64,000 bases of DNA from Eledone cirrhosa (GCA_964016885.1 OZ024763.1:16430001-16494000); one strand, 5' to 3'. Shown: positions 24,795-39,659, numbered from the stretch's first letter. Program-made: numbers and translations. Notes: generated by a model not told the origin, from the sequence alone.

Positions 24795-25150
24795 AAGGGT
24801 GTTGGACTTGCAATCATAATGTCATGGCTTTGATTCCTGGACTGGGTTGTGTTGTGTTCTTGAGTGAAACACTTCATTTCATGTGGCCTAGTGGTAAGGG
24901 TGTTGGACTTGCAATCAGAATATCATGGATTTGATTTCTGGACTTGGTTGTGTATTGTGTTTTTGACCAAAACACTTCACTTCACTCCAGTATACTCAAA
25001 TCGAAATGATTACCGGCAATAACTGGGGGTTTAACTCTGCAATGGACTGGTGTCCTGTCCAGGGGGAGTCTTGTGTTCTCAGTCACTTCACTCCACAGAA
25101 ACTGAGATACGTGCTCTCTTGATGTGCCCCCAGGCTCAAGATAGACTTTA
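24795..25150 (+). mobile_element. CORE-like SINE remnant with duplicated tRNA head
   Basis: TGGCCTAGTGGTAAGGGTGTTGGACTTGCAATC..TTGATTTCTGG; head repeated at 24795 and 24894. Confidence 0.7.
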
Positions 25151-26200
25151 GAGGAATCTTGGGTAATGACCAAAAGAATACGATTGTGAGTACAGACAAC
25201 AGAAATGGGGTTCCTTCGAGAGGTCTTTGGAATAATGTTACTCAATAGAGTGTTTAGATCAGAGATAGAGAGTCGCTCAAGGTAGAGCCACTACTTCTCC
25301 AAATTGAGAGATCACAGCTTCAATATTACAAACTTGTAGTTAAAATGTCTAAGAAAAGAGTTGCTGGACAGATTTTACTGTCAAAACCAACAGTCAGGTG
25401 ACCTAGGGGTAGATCTCGAGAAAGATGGTTGGATAACAAGAGTTGCTGGACAGATTTTACTGTCAAAACCAACAGACAGGTGACCCAGGGGTAGATCTCG
25501 AGAAAGATGGTTGGATAACAAGAGTTGCTGGACAGATTTTACTGTCAAAACCAACAGTCAGGTGACCTAGGGGTAGATCTCGAGAAAGATGGTTGGATAA
25601 CAAGAGTTGCTGGACAGATTTTACTGTCAAAACCAACAGACAGGTGACCCAGGGGTAGATCTCGAGAAAGATGGTTGGATAACAAGAGTTGCTGGACAGA
25701 TTTTACTGTCAAAACCAACAGACAGGTGACCCAGGGGTAGATCTCGAGAAAGATGGTTGGATAACAAGAGTTGCTGGACAGATTTTACTGTCAAAACCAA
25801 CAGACAGGTGACCCAGGGGTAGATCTCGAGAAAGATGGTTGGATAACAAGAGTTGCTGGACAGATTTTACTGTCAAAACCCACAGACAGGTGACCCAGGG
25901 GTAGATCTCGAGAAAGATGGTTGGATAACAAGAGTTGCTGGACAGATTTTACTGTCAAAACCAACAGACAGGTGACCCAGGGGTAGATCTCGAGAAAGAT
26001 GGTTGGATAACAAGAGTTGCTGGACAGATTTTACTGGCAAAACCAACAGACAGGTGACCCTTGGATAACATCTATGAGCTTGGCTGGTCTCTCTTGGAGA
26101 CACAGCCAGATCAATTGGAAACGGTTGCTTCTGGAAGGAGTACTTGAGGACTCTGTCCCTTTGACCCTGCCAGGAATAACTGGGCAAAGAAGAGAAGAAA
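25150..26200 (+). mobile_element. Decayed Expander/Rex3-like RTE 3' end with an internal 82-bp array (25356-26060, about 8.5 units)
   Basis: ESWVMTKRIR..EMGFLR..LKVEPLLLQIERSQL; the 3' part matches 42345-42510. Confidence 0.8.
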
Positions 26201-26540
26201 AACAAGACTAGAAAGCAGAGAGAGAGAGATGAGTGAGAGAGAGAGAGATGAGTGAGAGAAGTATGGAAGACTGGAAGTATGTAGAAATAGAAGACAATGA
26301 TAAAGGTAATGGAGAAGTATGGAAGACTGGAAGCATATAAAAATAGAAGGCCATGATGAAAGTAATGGAGAAGTTGCCTGCATGTCATAAGTGTGGTATG
26401 AAATATAATGTTACAGAGATGATGTGAGGGGAGAGGGAGGAGGACGAGTAGGAGGTAGTATAGAGAAATGAGGAAGGGGGAGGGGGTGTTTTGAAAATAT
26501 AGTGGGAATGTTTAGGTAAATAAAGGCAGAATAAAATGTG

Positions 26541-26583
<43 letters not shown>

Positions 26584-26630
26584 TTTATGTGTGTGTTTCT
26601 GTGTGTATATATATACACACACATATTTTA

Positions 26631-26700
<70 letters not shown>

Positions 26701-27007
26701 AAATATATGTATTCACACAATCAAACATATATATATACACACACACACACATAGATGTATGTGTGTTTGTGTATAGATATATGTATGCATGTATGTATTT
26801 ATATATATATATATATATATATTATGTATATATATATATATATATATTTACATATATATATATGCATATTTATGTATATATGTGCCTATGTATATATGTG
26901 TGTGTGTGTGTCTGTATAAATGTATATATATATATAGTATATAGTATATATATATATATGTTTATATATATATAAATATAATAACCATGATATATGATAA
27001 CTACGAC

Positions 27008-27085
<78 letters not shown>

Positions 27086-27169
27086 AATGATGATGACTGC
27101 AGTCATGATCTTTGTCATGACTTTGCCATATTAAAATAAAAACTAAATATATCTAATATAAATTTATTT

Positions 27170-27204
<35 letters not shown>

Positions 27205-27589
27205 TTTTCTTTATTTCAATTTTATAAATTATTATTATCATTATCATTATTATTTTTTTCATTATCTCAAATGTATTTTAAATGTATTTTATTAAGGTTG
27301 TTTTACGTTCATTATGAAAATTTTATTTTCGTCAAAATTTGAAAATGAATTTCCTCGATATTTTGTATTTATATTTTGTCTTTGTTTGTTGTTGTTGTTG
27401 TTGTTGCTATTGTATTATTTTTTCAATTATCTGACAATGTAATTGCTAGATATAATTATATAGGGCTGTGTATTCCTTTACATGTCAAATATTTATGTGT
27501 GCATCTTGCGTGCAGTATGTGTGCACTTGCGATGCTCTTGTTTATGTCAGTGTAGGTATTATATGAATTCTCTTCAAGTGTTATAAAAG

Positions 27590-30010
27590 TGTGCCCTGTT
27601 TTTGTTATAAAAGTGTGCCCTGTTTTAATCAGTGCTATGTGTATCCTGTTAAATCAAACTACAGTGTACCCTGTTCATTCAATGCTAAAGTGTACCCTGT
27701 TCATTCAATGCTAAAGTGTACCCTGTTCATTCAATGCTAAAGTGTACCCTGTTCATTCAATGCTAAAGTGTACCCTGTTTATTCAATGCTAAAGTGTACC
27801 CTGTTCAATCAATGCTAAAGTGTACCCTGTTCAATCAATGTTAAAGTGTACCCTGTTCAATCAATGCTAAAGTGTACCCTGTTCAATCAATGCTAAATTG
27901 TACCCTGTTCATTCAATGCTAAAGTGTACCCTGTTCATTCAATGCTAAAGTGTACCCTGTTCAATCAATGCTAAAGTGTACCCTGTTCAATCAATGCTAA
28001 AGTGTACCCTGTTCATTCAATGCTAAAGTGTACCCTGTTCAATCAATGCTAAAGTGTACCCTGTTCAATCAATGCTAAAGTGTACCCTGTTCAATCAATG
28101 CTAAAGTGTACCCTGTTCATTCAATGCTAAAGTGTACCCTGTTCATTCAATGCTAAAGTGTACTCTGTTCATTCAATGCTAAAGTGTACTCTGTTCATTC
28201 AATGCTAAAGTGTACTCTGTTCATTCAATGCTAAAGTGTACTCTGTTCATTCAATGCTAAAGTGTACTCTGTTCAATCAATGCTAAAGTGTACCCTGTTC
28301 ATTCAATGCTAAAGTGTACCCTGTTCATTCAATGCTAAAGTGTACTCTGTTCATTCAATGCTAAAGTGTACTCTGTTCATTCAATGCTAAAGTGTACTCT
28401 GTTCATTCAATGCTAAAGTGTACCCTGTTCATTCAATGCTAAAGTGTACTCTGTTCATTCAATGCTAAAGTGGACTCTGTTCATTCAATGCTAAAGTGTA
28501 CTCTGTTCATTCAATGCTAAAGTGTACTCTGTTCATTCAATGCTAAAGTGTACTCTGTTCATTCAATGCTAAAGTGTACTCTGTTCAATCAATGCTAAAT
28601 TGTACCCTGTTCAATCAATGCTAAAGTGTACCCTGTTCATTCAATGTTAAAGTGTACCCTGTTTATTCAATGCTAAAGTATACTCTGTTCATTCAATGCT
28701 AAAGTGTACCCTGTTCAATCAATGCTAAAGTGTACCCTGTTCAATCAATGCTAAAGTGTACCCTGTTCAATGCTATTGTGTGCTCTATCCAATGATAATG
28801 TGTACCCTATTCAGTCATTGCTAAAGTGTGCCCGGCTCAGTTCTAAAATGTGCCCCTGTCCATCGCTAAAGTGTACCCTGTTCAATCAATGCAAAAGTGT
28901 TTCCCTGTTCATTCAATGCTAAAGTGTGCCCTGTCCATTGCTAAAATGTCCCCTTTCCATTGCTAAAGTGTGCCCTTTTCATTCAATGCTAAAGTGTATC
29001 CTGTTCATTCAATGCTAGAGTGTACCCTTTTCAATCAATGCTAATGTGTGCCCTGTTCAATGCTGATGTGTGCCCTATTCAATGATATGTTAATGTGTGC
29101 CCTGTCCAGTGCTAAAGTGTACCCTGTCCAGTGCTAAAGTGTGTCCTGTTCAATCAATGTTAAAGTGTACCCTGTTCAATCAATGCTAAAGTGTACCCTG
29201 TTCAATCAAGGCTAAAGTATACCCTGTCCAGTACTAAAGTGTACCTTGTCTAGTGCTAAAGTGTACCCTGTTCAATCAATGCTAAAGTGTACCCTGTTCA
29301 ATCAATGCTAGAGTGTACCTTGTCCAGTGCTAAAGTGTACCCTGTTCAATCAATGCTAAAGTGTACTCTGTTCAATCAAGGCTAAAGTGTACCCTGTCTA
29401 GTGCTAAAGTGTGCCCTGTTCAATCAATGCTAAAGTGTACCCTGTCCAGTGCTAAAGCGTACCCTGTTCAATCAATATTTGTTATTGTATTATTTTTTCA
29501 ATTATCGGACAATGTAATTGTTAGATATAATTATATAGGGCTGTGTATTCCTTTACATGTCAAATATTTATGTGTGCATCTTGTGTGCAGTATGTGTGCA
29601 CTTGCGATGCTCTTGTTTATGTCAGTGTAGGCATTATATGAATTCTCATCGTGTTATATAAGTGTGCCCTGTTAATCAATGCTATGTGTGCCCTGATAAT
29701 CAGTGCTACAGTGTGCCCTGTTAAATGAATACTGCAGTGTGCCCTGTTCAATGAACACTGCAGATGCTTACTGCAGTGTGCCTTGTTCCATCAGTGCTAA
29801 AGTGTGCCCTATTGTTCAATCAATGCTAAAGAGTGCCCTATTTATGTCTATATGTGCCCTATTCAATTAATGATAAAGAGTACCCTATTCAATCAATGCT
29901 AAAATGTGCCCTGTTCAGTGTTAATGTGTGCCCTGTTGCACTATTATATACCCTGCTCATTGCTAAATTGTGCCCTGTTCAATGTTGATGTGTGCCCCTA
30001 TTCAGTGCTA
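27590..30010. repeat. 26-bp minisatellite (CAATGCTAAAGTGTACCCTGTTCAWT) in two blocks
   Basis: Homogeneous core at 27660-28770 with degenerate edges; leader 27408-27575 is duplicated at 29482-29650. Confidence 0.95.
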
Positions 30011-30049
30011 ATGAAACACTGAATTTGTGATAATCTTAAATTCCATATT

Positions 30050-30330
30050 TGAAGTTGGCCATCCTTAGAAATGAGCCCTTTGAAATGAGCTGGCCCCTTG
30101 TCAAACCTATAACAGTGGCAACTTCTGGTTGTTCTGGGTCCTTTAACCACCTCCATACTCCCTGCTATTATGACAGAGTTGGCCACCCTGATGAGTGTGA
30201 GCCCCATGAAATGAGCTGGCTCCTTGTCAAACAGTGGCAACTTCTGGTGTTCTGGTCCCTTAACCACCTCCATACTCCCTGCTATTAGGACAGAACAGAG
30301 TTGGCCACCCGCAAGAGTGTGAGCCCCCAA
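30050..30330. repeat. About 125-bp tandem duplication
   Basis: GTTGGCCA..TGAAATGAGCTGGC..CTCCCTGCTATTA occurs twice plus a partial third. Confidence 0.8.
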
Positions 30331-30520
30331 AAGTTGGAATGGCTATATCTACATGTCTCCCTCACTATCCTCTGTCCTCCACTGGGACCACGAAGAAGCT
30401 TACATCTGGGGTTCTGCATATGGGACAGTCAGAATCAGAGCCCATAATTTGTAAGTGGGTTTGGTAGGATTTAAGTTCAAATCCCACCGATGTCAACATT
30501 ACCTTTCATTCTTCTGTGTA

Positions 30521-31097
30521 TATCATTTTGTGTCCACTTTTCCCTGCTTGCAAGGGTGGGACGGGAACTGATTCTGGCTTGATTTCTACTGCTGGATGCC
30601 CTTCCTAACACCAGCCTCATTTACAGTGAGTGCTGGGTGCTTTTTTTTCTGTGGTGCCTACACGTCCACTTTACAGTGTGGGCTGGGTGCTTTTTTTTCC
30701 GTGGTGCCTACACATCCACTTACAGTGTGGGCTGGGTGCTTTTTTTTTTCGTGGTGCCTACACGTCCACTTTACAGTGTGGGCTGGGTGCTTTTTTTTCC
30801 GTGGTGCCTACACATCCACTTTACAGTGTGGGCTGGGTGCTTTTTTTTCCGTGGCGCCTACACATCCACTTTACAGTGAGGGCTGGGTGCTTTTTTTTCC
30901 GTGGTGCCTACACATTCACTTTACAGTGTGGGCTGGGTGCTTTTTTTTCCGTGATGCCTACACATCCACTTTACAGTGTGGGCTGGGTGCTTTTTTGCCG
31001 TGGCACCTCCACAACCACTTTGCAGTGGAATGATAGGGACTCCAGTCCTATCATCTCATTTCTACAGCTGTGTAAACTGGAGCAATGTGAAATAAAG
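30521..31097 (-). mobile_element. SINE family 1, 5'-truncated, with internal 50-bp unit amplified 8 times
   Basis: TTACAGTG recurs at about 30621, 30671 ... 30971. Confidence 0.9.
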
Positions 31098-31580
31098 TAT
31101 TCAATCGACTATATCCCCACCTGATGCCAACCCCACCCAGATTTTCTGGCCTTGCATCTAAATTAGAAACCATTATTACTATTTCTGAGTTCAATTCCTG
31201 CCAAGTTTAGCTTTCCCTTTCATCCTTACGGGGTTGATAAATAAAGTACCAGTAATGCACTGGGGTCAATTTAATTGATTTTTCCCTTCCCCCGACGTTG
31301 CTGGCCTTGTTCCTAAATCAGAAACAATTATTACTATTTATTTATTTATTTATACAACCTTAACTCTTAAAGTCCTGTACCACATGAAACCACATTAGTA
31401 AGACATTCTTGTAAAGTACAAAACAACACTATAACTGCATCACATTGAATACAGTAAATTTTCACAACAATCTGTCCACTACTAAGATACGATGAACATT
31501 TGAATGAACAACCATGTGAAACTGCATTAGTAAGACATTCTTCTAAAGTACAAAACAGTACTATGACTGTATCACATTAA

Positions 31581-31786
31581 CCCTTTAATGTTCAAACTGG
31601 CCAGAATTCTCTACCCGTGTCTGTTGAAACTGGCTGTAACTGGTCGCTCAAACTGTTGTAAAGGTATTGTTCTCAAAATAAATACTTTCAAAATCTCATA
31701 GATTCGATATGTGAGATATTATGTGACGTAAAGCCTTTACCATGAAAATATAATAATAAATATAGAGTAATATGAATGCTAAAGGG
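31581..31786. mobile_element. piggyBac-type MITE (206 bp)
   Basis: TTAA|CCCTTTA..TAAAGGG|TTAA; other units of the host array have a single TTAA here, which supports the TSD. Confidence 0.88.
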
Positions 31787-32611
31787 TTAAATATTAAAGT
31801 CTTTACTGTAAGACTACAAATTTTCACTGTAATCTGTCCACTAGTAAAGATATTATAAACATTTGAATGAACAACCACACAAAACTGCATCAGTAAGACA
31901 TTCTTCTAAAGTATAAAACAGCACTTTGACTGTATCTTATCAAATATTATAGTCTTTACTGTACTACTGCAAATTTTCATGATTATCTGTTCCCTAGTAA
32001 AGATACTATAAACATTTAAATTAACAAACTACATTAGTAAGACATACTTGTAAAGTACAAAACAGCAATATGACTGTATCGCATTAAATATTAAAGTGGT
32101 GGTGGATTGACAGTATCGGTAGAGGGTCGGACGCCATTCTTTGACATATAGAGTTATGGTCCTTGCCATTCTGAGTTCAAATCCCGCTGAGGTTAACTTT
32201 GCCTTTCATCCTTACTGGGTCAATAAAATAAAGTACCAGTAATGCACTGGGTAATTGTTGGCCTTGTGCCAAAAGTAGAAACAATTAAATATTAAAGTCT
32301 TTAGTCTAATACTGCAAATTTTCACCTTAATCTGTCCTCTAGTAAAGATACTATAAACATTTGAATGAACAACCTCATGGAACTGCATTAGTAAGACATT
32401 CTTGAAAAGTACAAAACAACACTATGACTACATTATGTTAAATATTAAAGTCTTTACTCTAATACTACAAATTCCCACCTTAAACTGTTCACTAGTAAAG
32501 AATATGTCCACTAGTAAAGAAACTATAAACATTTGAACTAACAAACCACATGAAACCACATTAACAAGCCATTCTTGCAAAGTACAAAAACAAAACTATG
32601 ACTGTATCACA

Positions 32612-34279
32612 TGTCAAAGAAATAGGTGAAAGAATGAAGCAAAGTTATTAGTTACCGTTTGATTGCCAAACGAACGTGGCTGACAGAAGACGCCTGGGTG
32701 ACGACTCCTGGCGAAAGCCAGGAGGCGCCTGACCGAAAAGGCGAATGAGAGAGTGAGAACTTAAAGTTGTTAGTTTTATAGGGTTCTGACCGGAAGTTAC
32801 AGAAAGGGTTCTACTTCCTGTCTAGATGGTGTTAATCTATTGGGGTTGTGAGTGTCACAACCAGGGAGGCAACTCCTGCTACATAACCTCCCGCCAGAAT
32901 TTTAGAATATAAAAATCGAATGAAATATGTAGCAAGTTGGCGAGAATGTTGTAACAGGCATGAAAATTACGACAAAAGAATGTTTGCAAAAATCAATGAT
33001 AGAAATCAAGGTAGCCAACCGCTCTTGGCCAGAGAACGACTGGACATCTATCTATCCATCACCCAAAGATACAATGTAATAAAGTAGTAAGAGAAGAGCT
33101 CAAAGTTCAAATGTACAAAATATAGTTCACAGGTGTGCAATCACATGACAGCAGGAAAGAAAGTGTGTTCCAGAGAATGAATGCAGGTGGTTTCTGTTCT
33201 GTCATATATCATGAAATTTCCAACCTCCGAATGGATTTTCTCACAGGAAGAGTGCTGCAAAAATAAATTCTCTGGCTTGTTCTGCTGGTTTTGGTTGTTG
33301 ATGAAGCTGTGTTGCTGTTGATGTTGTCTCGCGGAGTGAGCGTATTCGGTGTTTAAATTCACAGTAAAAAAAAAAATTTTTTCAGAAAAAATGAGTTGCG
33401 CAAAGTGCTAGAAATAACAGCCGAAGTTGATGGTCGATGTTGAGAATGCGTTGACCTGGAAGGGTCAAGAGGCCAGCGACCAAAGAAATAAGCATTCTGA
33501 ATAAATGCGCAGTTTTCAACGGCAAATTTACGTGGTAAATTTTTAAACCGGCAAATAGGAGAATATAGCTTAAGGCTGAAGAATCCTTGGCGAGAAACGT
33601 TATCTCTGGCGTGCGGCTATCTCTGTGAGTCGAGAATTTGTGCTGCCTACATGTGCCAATACAAGGTTAAGTTAGGTTGAAAAAATAATATTTCTAATGC
33701 GCGAGAAAATGATAGTACAACTATGAGTGTCTGCACGAAAGTTTCACATGTGCGTGTGTGCGTTTCTTTGACTGAGTATTTTCATAGTTTGTCAATAAAT
33801 TTGCTGTGTATTCGTAATGTTACTCACACAACACCAGATTCTGCTATTTTTTTTCTTTTTTCGGGGTGCCCACTTATAACAATGAATGGCTGCGTGTTCG
33901 TATCACGTCAGGGTTACCAATATAGCTAAATACTAGCTAGGAGACATGGTTTGTGTGTATAATATTTAATTAACAATCATGGATATATATAGAACAGTAT
34001 AGTTGACATGTCAATGAATAGATGAAAGAATGAAGCAAAGTTATTAGTTACCGTTTGATTGCCAAACGAACGTGGCTGGCAGAAGACGCCTGGGCGAAGA
34101 CTCCTGGCGAAAGCCAGGAGGCGCCTGACCGAAAAGGCGAATGAGAGAGTGAGAACTTAAAGTTGTTAGTTTTATAGGGTTCTGACCGGAAGTTACAGAA
34201 AGGGTTCTACTTCCTGTCTAGATGGTGTTAATCTATTGGGGTTGTGAGTGTCACAACCAGGGAAGCAACTCCTGCTACA
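32612..34279 (-). mobile_element. Small non-autonomous LTR element (TRIM-like)
   Basis: Near-identical ~271-bp LTRs at 32612-32883 and 34009-34279 with TG..CA ends; PPT-like GGCGGGAGG on the minus strand beside the 3' LTR; 1.1-kb interior without a long ORF; no TSD or canonical PBS seen. Confidence 0.85.
32743..32780 (-). promoter_or_regulatory. LTR TATA box and initiator
   Basis: TATAAAA (32780-32774) followed 26-34 nt later by TCACTC/TCATTC; the same in the other LTR. Confidence 0.6.
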
Positions 34280-34887
34280 GAACTGACTACATGAAACCAC
34301 ATTAACAAGCCATTCTTGTAAAGTACAAAACAATTTAATGACTGCATTATGTTAAATATTAAAGTCTTTACTCTAATACTACAAATTCCCACCTTAAACT
34401 GTCCACTAGTAAAGATACTATAAACATTTGAACTAACAAACCACATAAAACCACATTAACAAGCCATTCTTGTAAAGTACAAAAACAAAACTATGACTGT
34501 ATCACATTAAATATTAAAGTCTTTCCACTAAGATACTATAAATATTTGAATTAACAACAAAACATTTTTTAGACATTTACTGCTAAATCATTACAAGATG
34601 TTAATAGGTAAGGCCACCATTACATCTGATGGGAGGGGGAGAGGGTAATGATAATAAGATATTAATTTATATATATATATATATGTGTGTGTATGTGTGT
34701 ATATATATGTGTATGTGTGTGTGTATATATGTGTATATATATGTGTGTATATATGTTTGTATGTATGTGTGTGTGTGTCTGTATATATATATATATATAT
34801 ATGTCTGTATATGTGTGTGTATGTGTATATGTTAGTGTGTATATATATATATATATTTTTGTGTATATATGTGTGTATGTATATATG

Positions 34888-34920
<33 letters not shown>

Positions 34921-34984
34921 CAGTGTGTGTATATATATTTTAAATTCAATTTTATAAAATATATTTTTGGGATCATCCTCTAGA

Positions 34985-37256
34985 TCAACAACACCCCACC
35001 CCACCACACCACACCACACTACACTACACTACACCACACTACACTCCATCACACCACACTACATCACATCACACCACACCACACCAACCACACCATACTA
35101 CACTACACTACACTACACTACACTACACTACACTACACTACACCACTCCAACTCCACCACACTACGCTACGCCACACCACACCACACAATACTACACCAC
35201 ACCACACTACACTACATCACACTATACTACACCACACCACACCACACCACACTACACCACACCACCACTACACCACACTACACCACACCACCACTACACC
35301 ACACCACACCACCACTACACCACACTACACCACCACTACACCACCACTACACTACACCACACCACACCACACCACACCACACTACACCACACTACACCAC
35401 ACTACACCACACCGCACCACACCGCACCACATCACACCACATCACACCACACCACACCACACTACACCACACTACACCACACCGCACCACACCGCACCAC
35501 ATCACACCACATCACACCACACCACACCACACTACACCACACTACACCACACCGCACCACACCGCACCACATCACACCACATCACACCACACCACACCAC
35601 ACTACACCACACTACACCACACCGCACCACACCGCACCACATCACACCACATAACACCACACCACACCACACTACACCACACTACACCACCACTACACTA
35701 CACCACACCACACCACACTACACACCACTACACCACACCGCACCACATCACACCACACCACACCACACCACACCACACCACACCACACCACACCACACCA
35801 CACCACACCACACCACACCACACCACACCACACCGCATCACACCACACCACACCACACCACACCACACCACACCACACCACACCACACCACACCACACCA
35901 CACCACACCACACCACACCACACCACACTACACTACACTACACTACACCACACCACACTACATCAAACTACACCACACCACACCGCATCACACCACACCA
36001 CACCACACCACACCACACCACACCACACCACACCACACCACACTACACTACACTACACCACACCACACTACACTACACCACACCACACCACACTACATCA
36101 AACTACACCACACCACACCGCATCACACCACACCACACCACACCACACCACACCACACCACACCACACCACACCACACCACACCACACCACACCACACCA
36201 CACCACACCACACCACACTACACTACACTACACTACACTACACTACACTACACTACACTACACTACACTACACCACACCACACCACACTACATCAAACTA
36301 CACCACACCACACCGCATCACACCACACCACACCACACCACACCACACCACACTACACTACACTACACTACACTACACTACACTACACTACACCACACCA
36401 CACTACATCAAACTACACCACACCACACCGCATCACACCACACCACACCACACCACACCACACCACACCACACTACACTACACTACACTACACTACACTA
36501 CACTACACTACACTACACTACACCACACCACACTACATCAAACTACACCACACCACACCACACCACACTACATCAAACTACACCACACCACACCACACCG
36601 CATCACACCACACCACACCACACCACACCACACCACACCACACCACACTACACCACACTACACTACACTACACTACACTACACTACACTACACTACACTA
36701 CACTACACTACACTACACTACACTACACTACACTACACCACACCACACTACATCAAACTACACCACACCACACCGCATCACACCACACCACACCACACCA
36801 CACCACACCACACCACACCACACCACACCGCATCACACCACACCGCATCACACCACACCACACCACACCACACCACACCACACCACACTACACCACACTA
36901 CACCACACTACACTACACTACACTACACTACACTACACTACACTACACTACACTACACTACACTACACTACACTACACTACACCACACCACACTACATCA
37001 AACTACACCACACCACACCGCATCACACCACACCACACCACACCACACCACACCACACCACACTACACCACACTACACTACACTACACTACATCAAACTA
37101 CACCACACCACACCGCATCACACCACACCACACCACACCACACCACACCACACCACACCACACCACACCACACTACACTACACTACACTACACTACACTA
37201 CACTACACTACACTACACTACACCACACCACACTACATCAAACTACACCACACCAC
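34985..37256. repeat. (CACCA/CACTA)n pentanucleotide satellite
   Basis: Direct reading; the 781-aa H/T/P ORF is an artefact. Confidence 0.97.
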
Positions 37257-37572
37257 CTTTAATTGCTTCATTTCTATATTTTACATCAAAGCCAACAACT
37301 TCAACTGAATGATCTTCTGAACTATTGTAAGAATTTTCCAGAATTAATATATAAATAATCGCTTCAGAATCAATGAAAGTCTAACCAACCTGCCAAACAA
37401 TTATACCATCAGGGGAATGGGGTCCTGGGTGGGGTCTAGAGCAGCCATTAATGTTTTGTAGGGGTTTGTAGGGGTTTGTAAGGGGTCTGTAGGGGGCTAG
37501 TGTTTTATTTTCTTTATTTATTGATTCCTGTAATTCCTGATTGGTTTTGTGTGTTTGTGTTAAACTACTGCT

Positions 37573-38325
<753 letters not shown>

Positions 38326-38544
38326 TTATTACTATTAAAAATAAATTGAAAATTAAAAAAAAATCATTTAAAAACCAGTTTTAATTTGCAAAAAAAAACC
38401 AAACAAACACACCACAACAAAACCAAAAAGAAAAAATTAATTAAAAAAACTGGAATTCCAGAAGTTCCGTGTTTAGTGGAAATATTTCCAGAGTTGTGTC
38501 AGGTTCCTTATTAGTTGTATAATTATTGTTAATGTGAGTAGTAT

Positions 38545-39530
38545 TGGTGGTGGTGGTGGTGGTAGTAGTGGTGGTGGTGGTGGTAGTAGTTTTAGTAGTG
38601 GTGGTGGTGGTAGTAGTTTTAGTAGTGGTGGTAGTAGTGTTAGTAGTGGTGGAGGTAGTAGTAGTGGTGGTGGTGGTAGTAGTTTTAGTAGTGGTGGTGG
38701 TGGTAGTAGTGTTAGTAGTGGTGGAGGTAGTAGTAGTGGTGGTGGTGGTAGTAGTGGTGGTGGTGGTAGTAGTTTTAGTAGTGGTGGTAGTAGTGTTAGT
38801 AGTGGTGGAGGTAGTAGTAGTGGTGGTGGTGGTAGTAGTTTTAGTAGTGGTGGTGGTGGTAGTAGTTTTAGTAGTGGTGGTAGTAGTGTTAGTAGTGGTG
38901 GAGGTAGTAGTAGTGGTGGTGGTGGTAGTAGTTTTAGTAGTGGTGGTGGTGGTAGTAGTTTTAGTAGTGGTGGTAGTAGTGTTAGTAGTGGTGGAGGTAG
39001 TAGTAGTGGTGGTGGTGGTAGTAGTTTTAGTAGTGGTGGTGGTGGTAGTAGTGTTAGTAGTGGTGGAGGTAGTAGTAGTGGTGGTGGTGGTAGTAGTTTT
39101 AGTAGTGGTGGTGGTGGTAGTAGTGTTAGTAGTGGTGGAGGTAGTAGTAGTGGTGGTGGTGGTAGTAGTTTTAGTAGTGGTGGTGGTGGTGGTAGTAGTG
39201 TTAGTAGTGGTGGAGGTAGTAGTAGTGGTGGTGGTGGTGGTAGTAGTAGTAGCAGTACTAGTGGTGGTAGCAGTAGTAGTGGTAGCAGTAATAGTGGTGG
39301 TAGCAGTAGTAGTGGTGGTGGTAGTAGTGATGGTGGTGGTAGTGGTGGTGGTAGTAGCAGTGGTAGTAGTAGTAGCAGCAGTAGTACTAGTGATGGTGGT
39401 GGTGGCAGTAGTAGCAGCAGCAGTAGTAGTAGTTGTAGAAATGGTAGTAGCAGCAGTAGTGGTGGTGGTGGTAATAGTAGTAGCAGTGGTAGTGGTGGTA
39501 GTAGTATCAGTAGTAGTAGTAGTGGTAGTA
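38545..39530. repeat. (GGT/AGT)n tract with higher-order periodicity
   Basis: Direct reading. Confidence 0.95.
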
Positions 39531-39659
39531 ACACCATCCAGATCATATATTTAATTGTAAATATATTTTTCCATGTTATTTATATGATATTATTACAGAA
39601 TTTTATATGGAATTTCGATATTAGTTACATAAAACTTATTATTATTTTTATTATAATTG

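Larger units (their letters stand above)
31365..34580. repeat. Degenerate ~153-bp tandem array interrupted by MITE, SINE and LTR element
   Basis: Recurrent CATTAGTAAGACATTCTTGTAAAGTACAAAAC..TCCACTAGTAAAGATACTATAAACATTTGAA. Confidence 0.85.

Noticed and set aside
27680-27690. AATGCTAAAG shared by the 26-bp satellite and the piggyBac-type TIR
   Set aside because: Ten AT-rich bases only; the terminal GGG-TTAA is absent.
32679-32745. Hammerhead inside the LTR (plant-type retrozyme)
   Set aside because: CTGACAGA and CTGACCGA do not fit CUGANGA, and the second LTR reads CTGGCAGA.
33141-33362. 73-aa ORF inside the LTR element
   Set aside because: No gag or pol motif recognised; short and low complexity.
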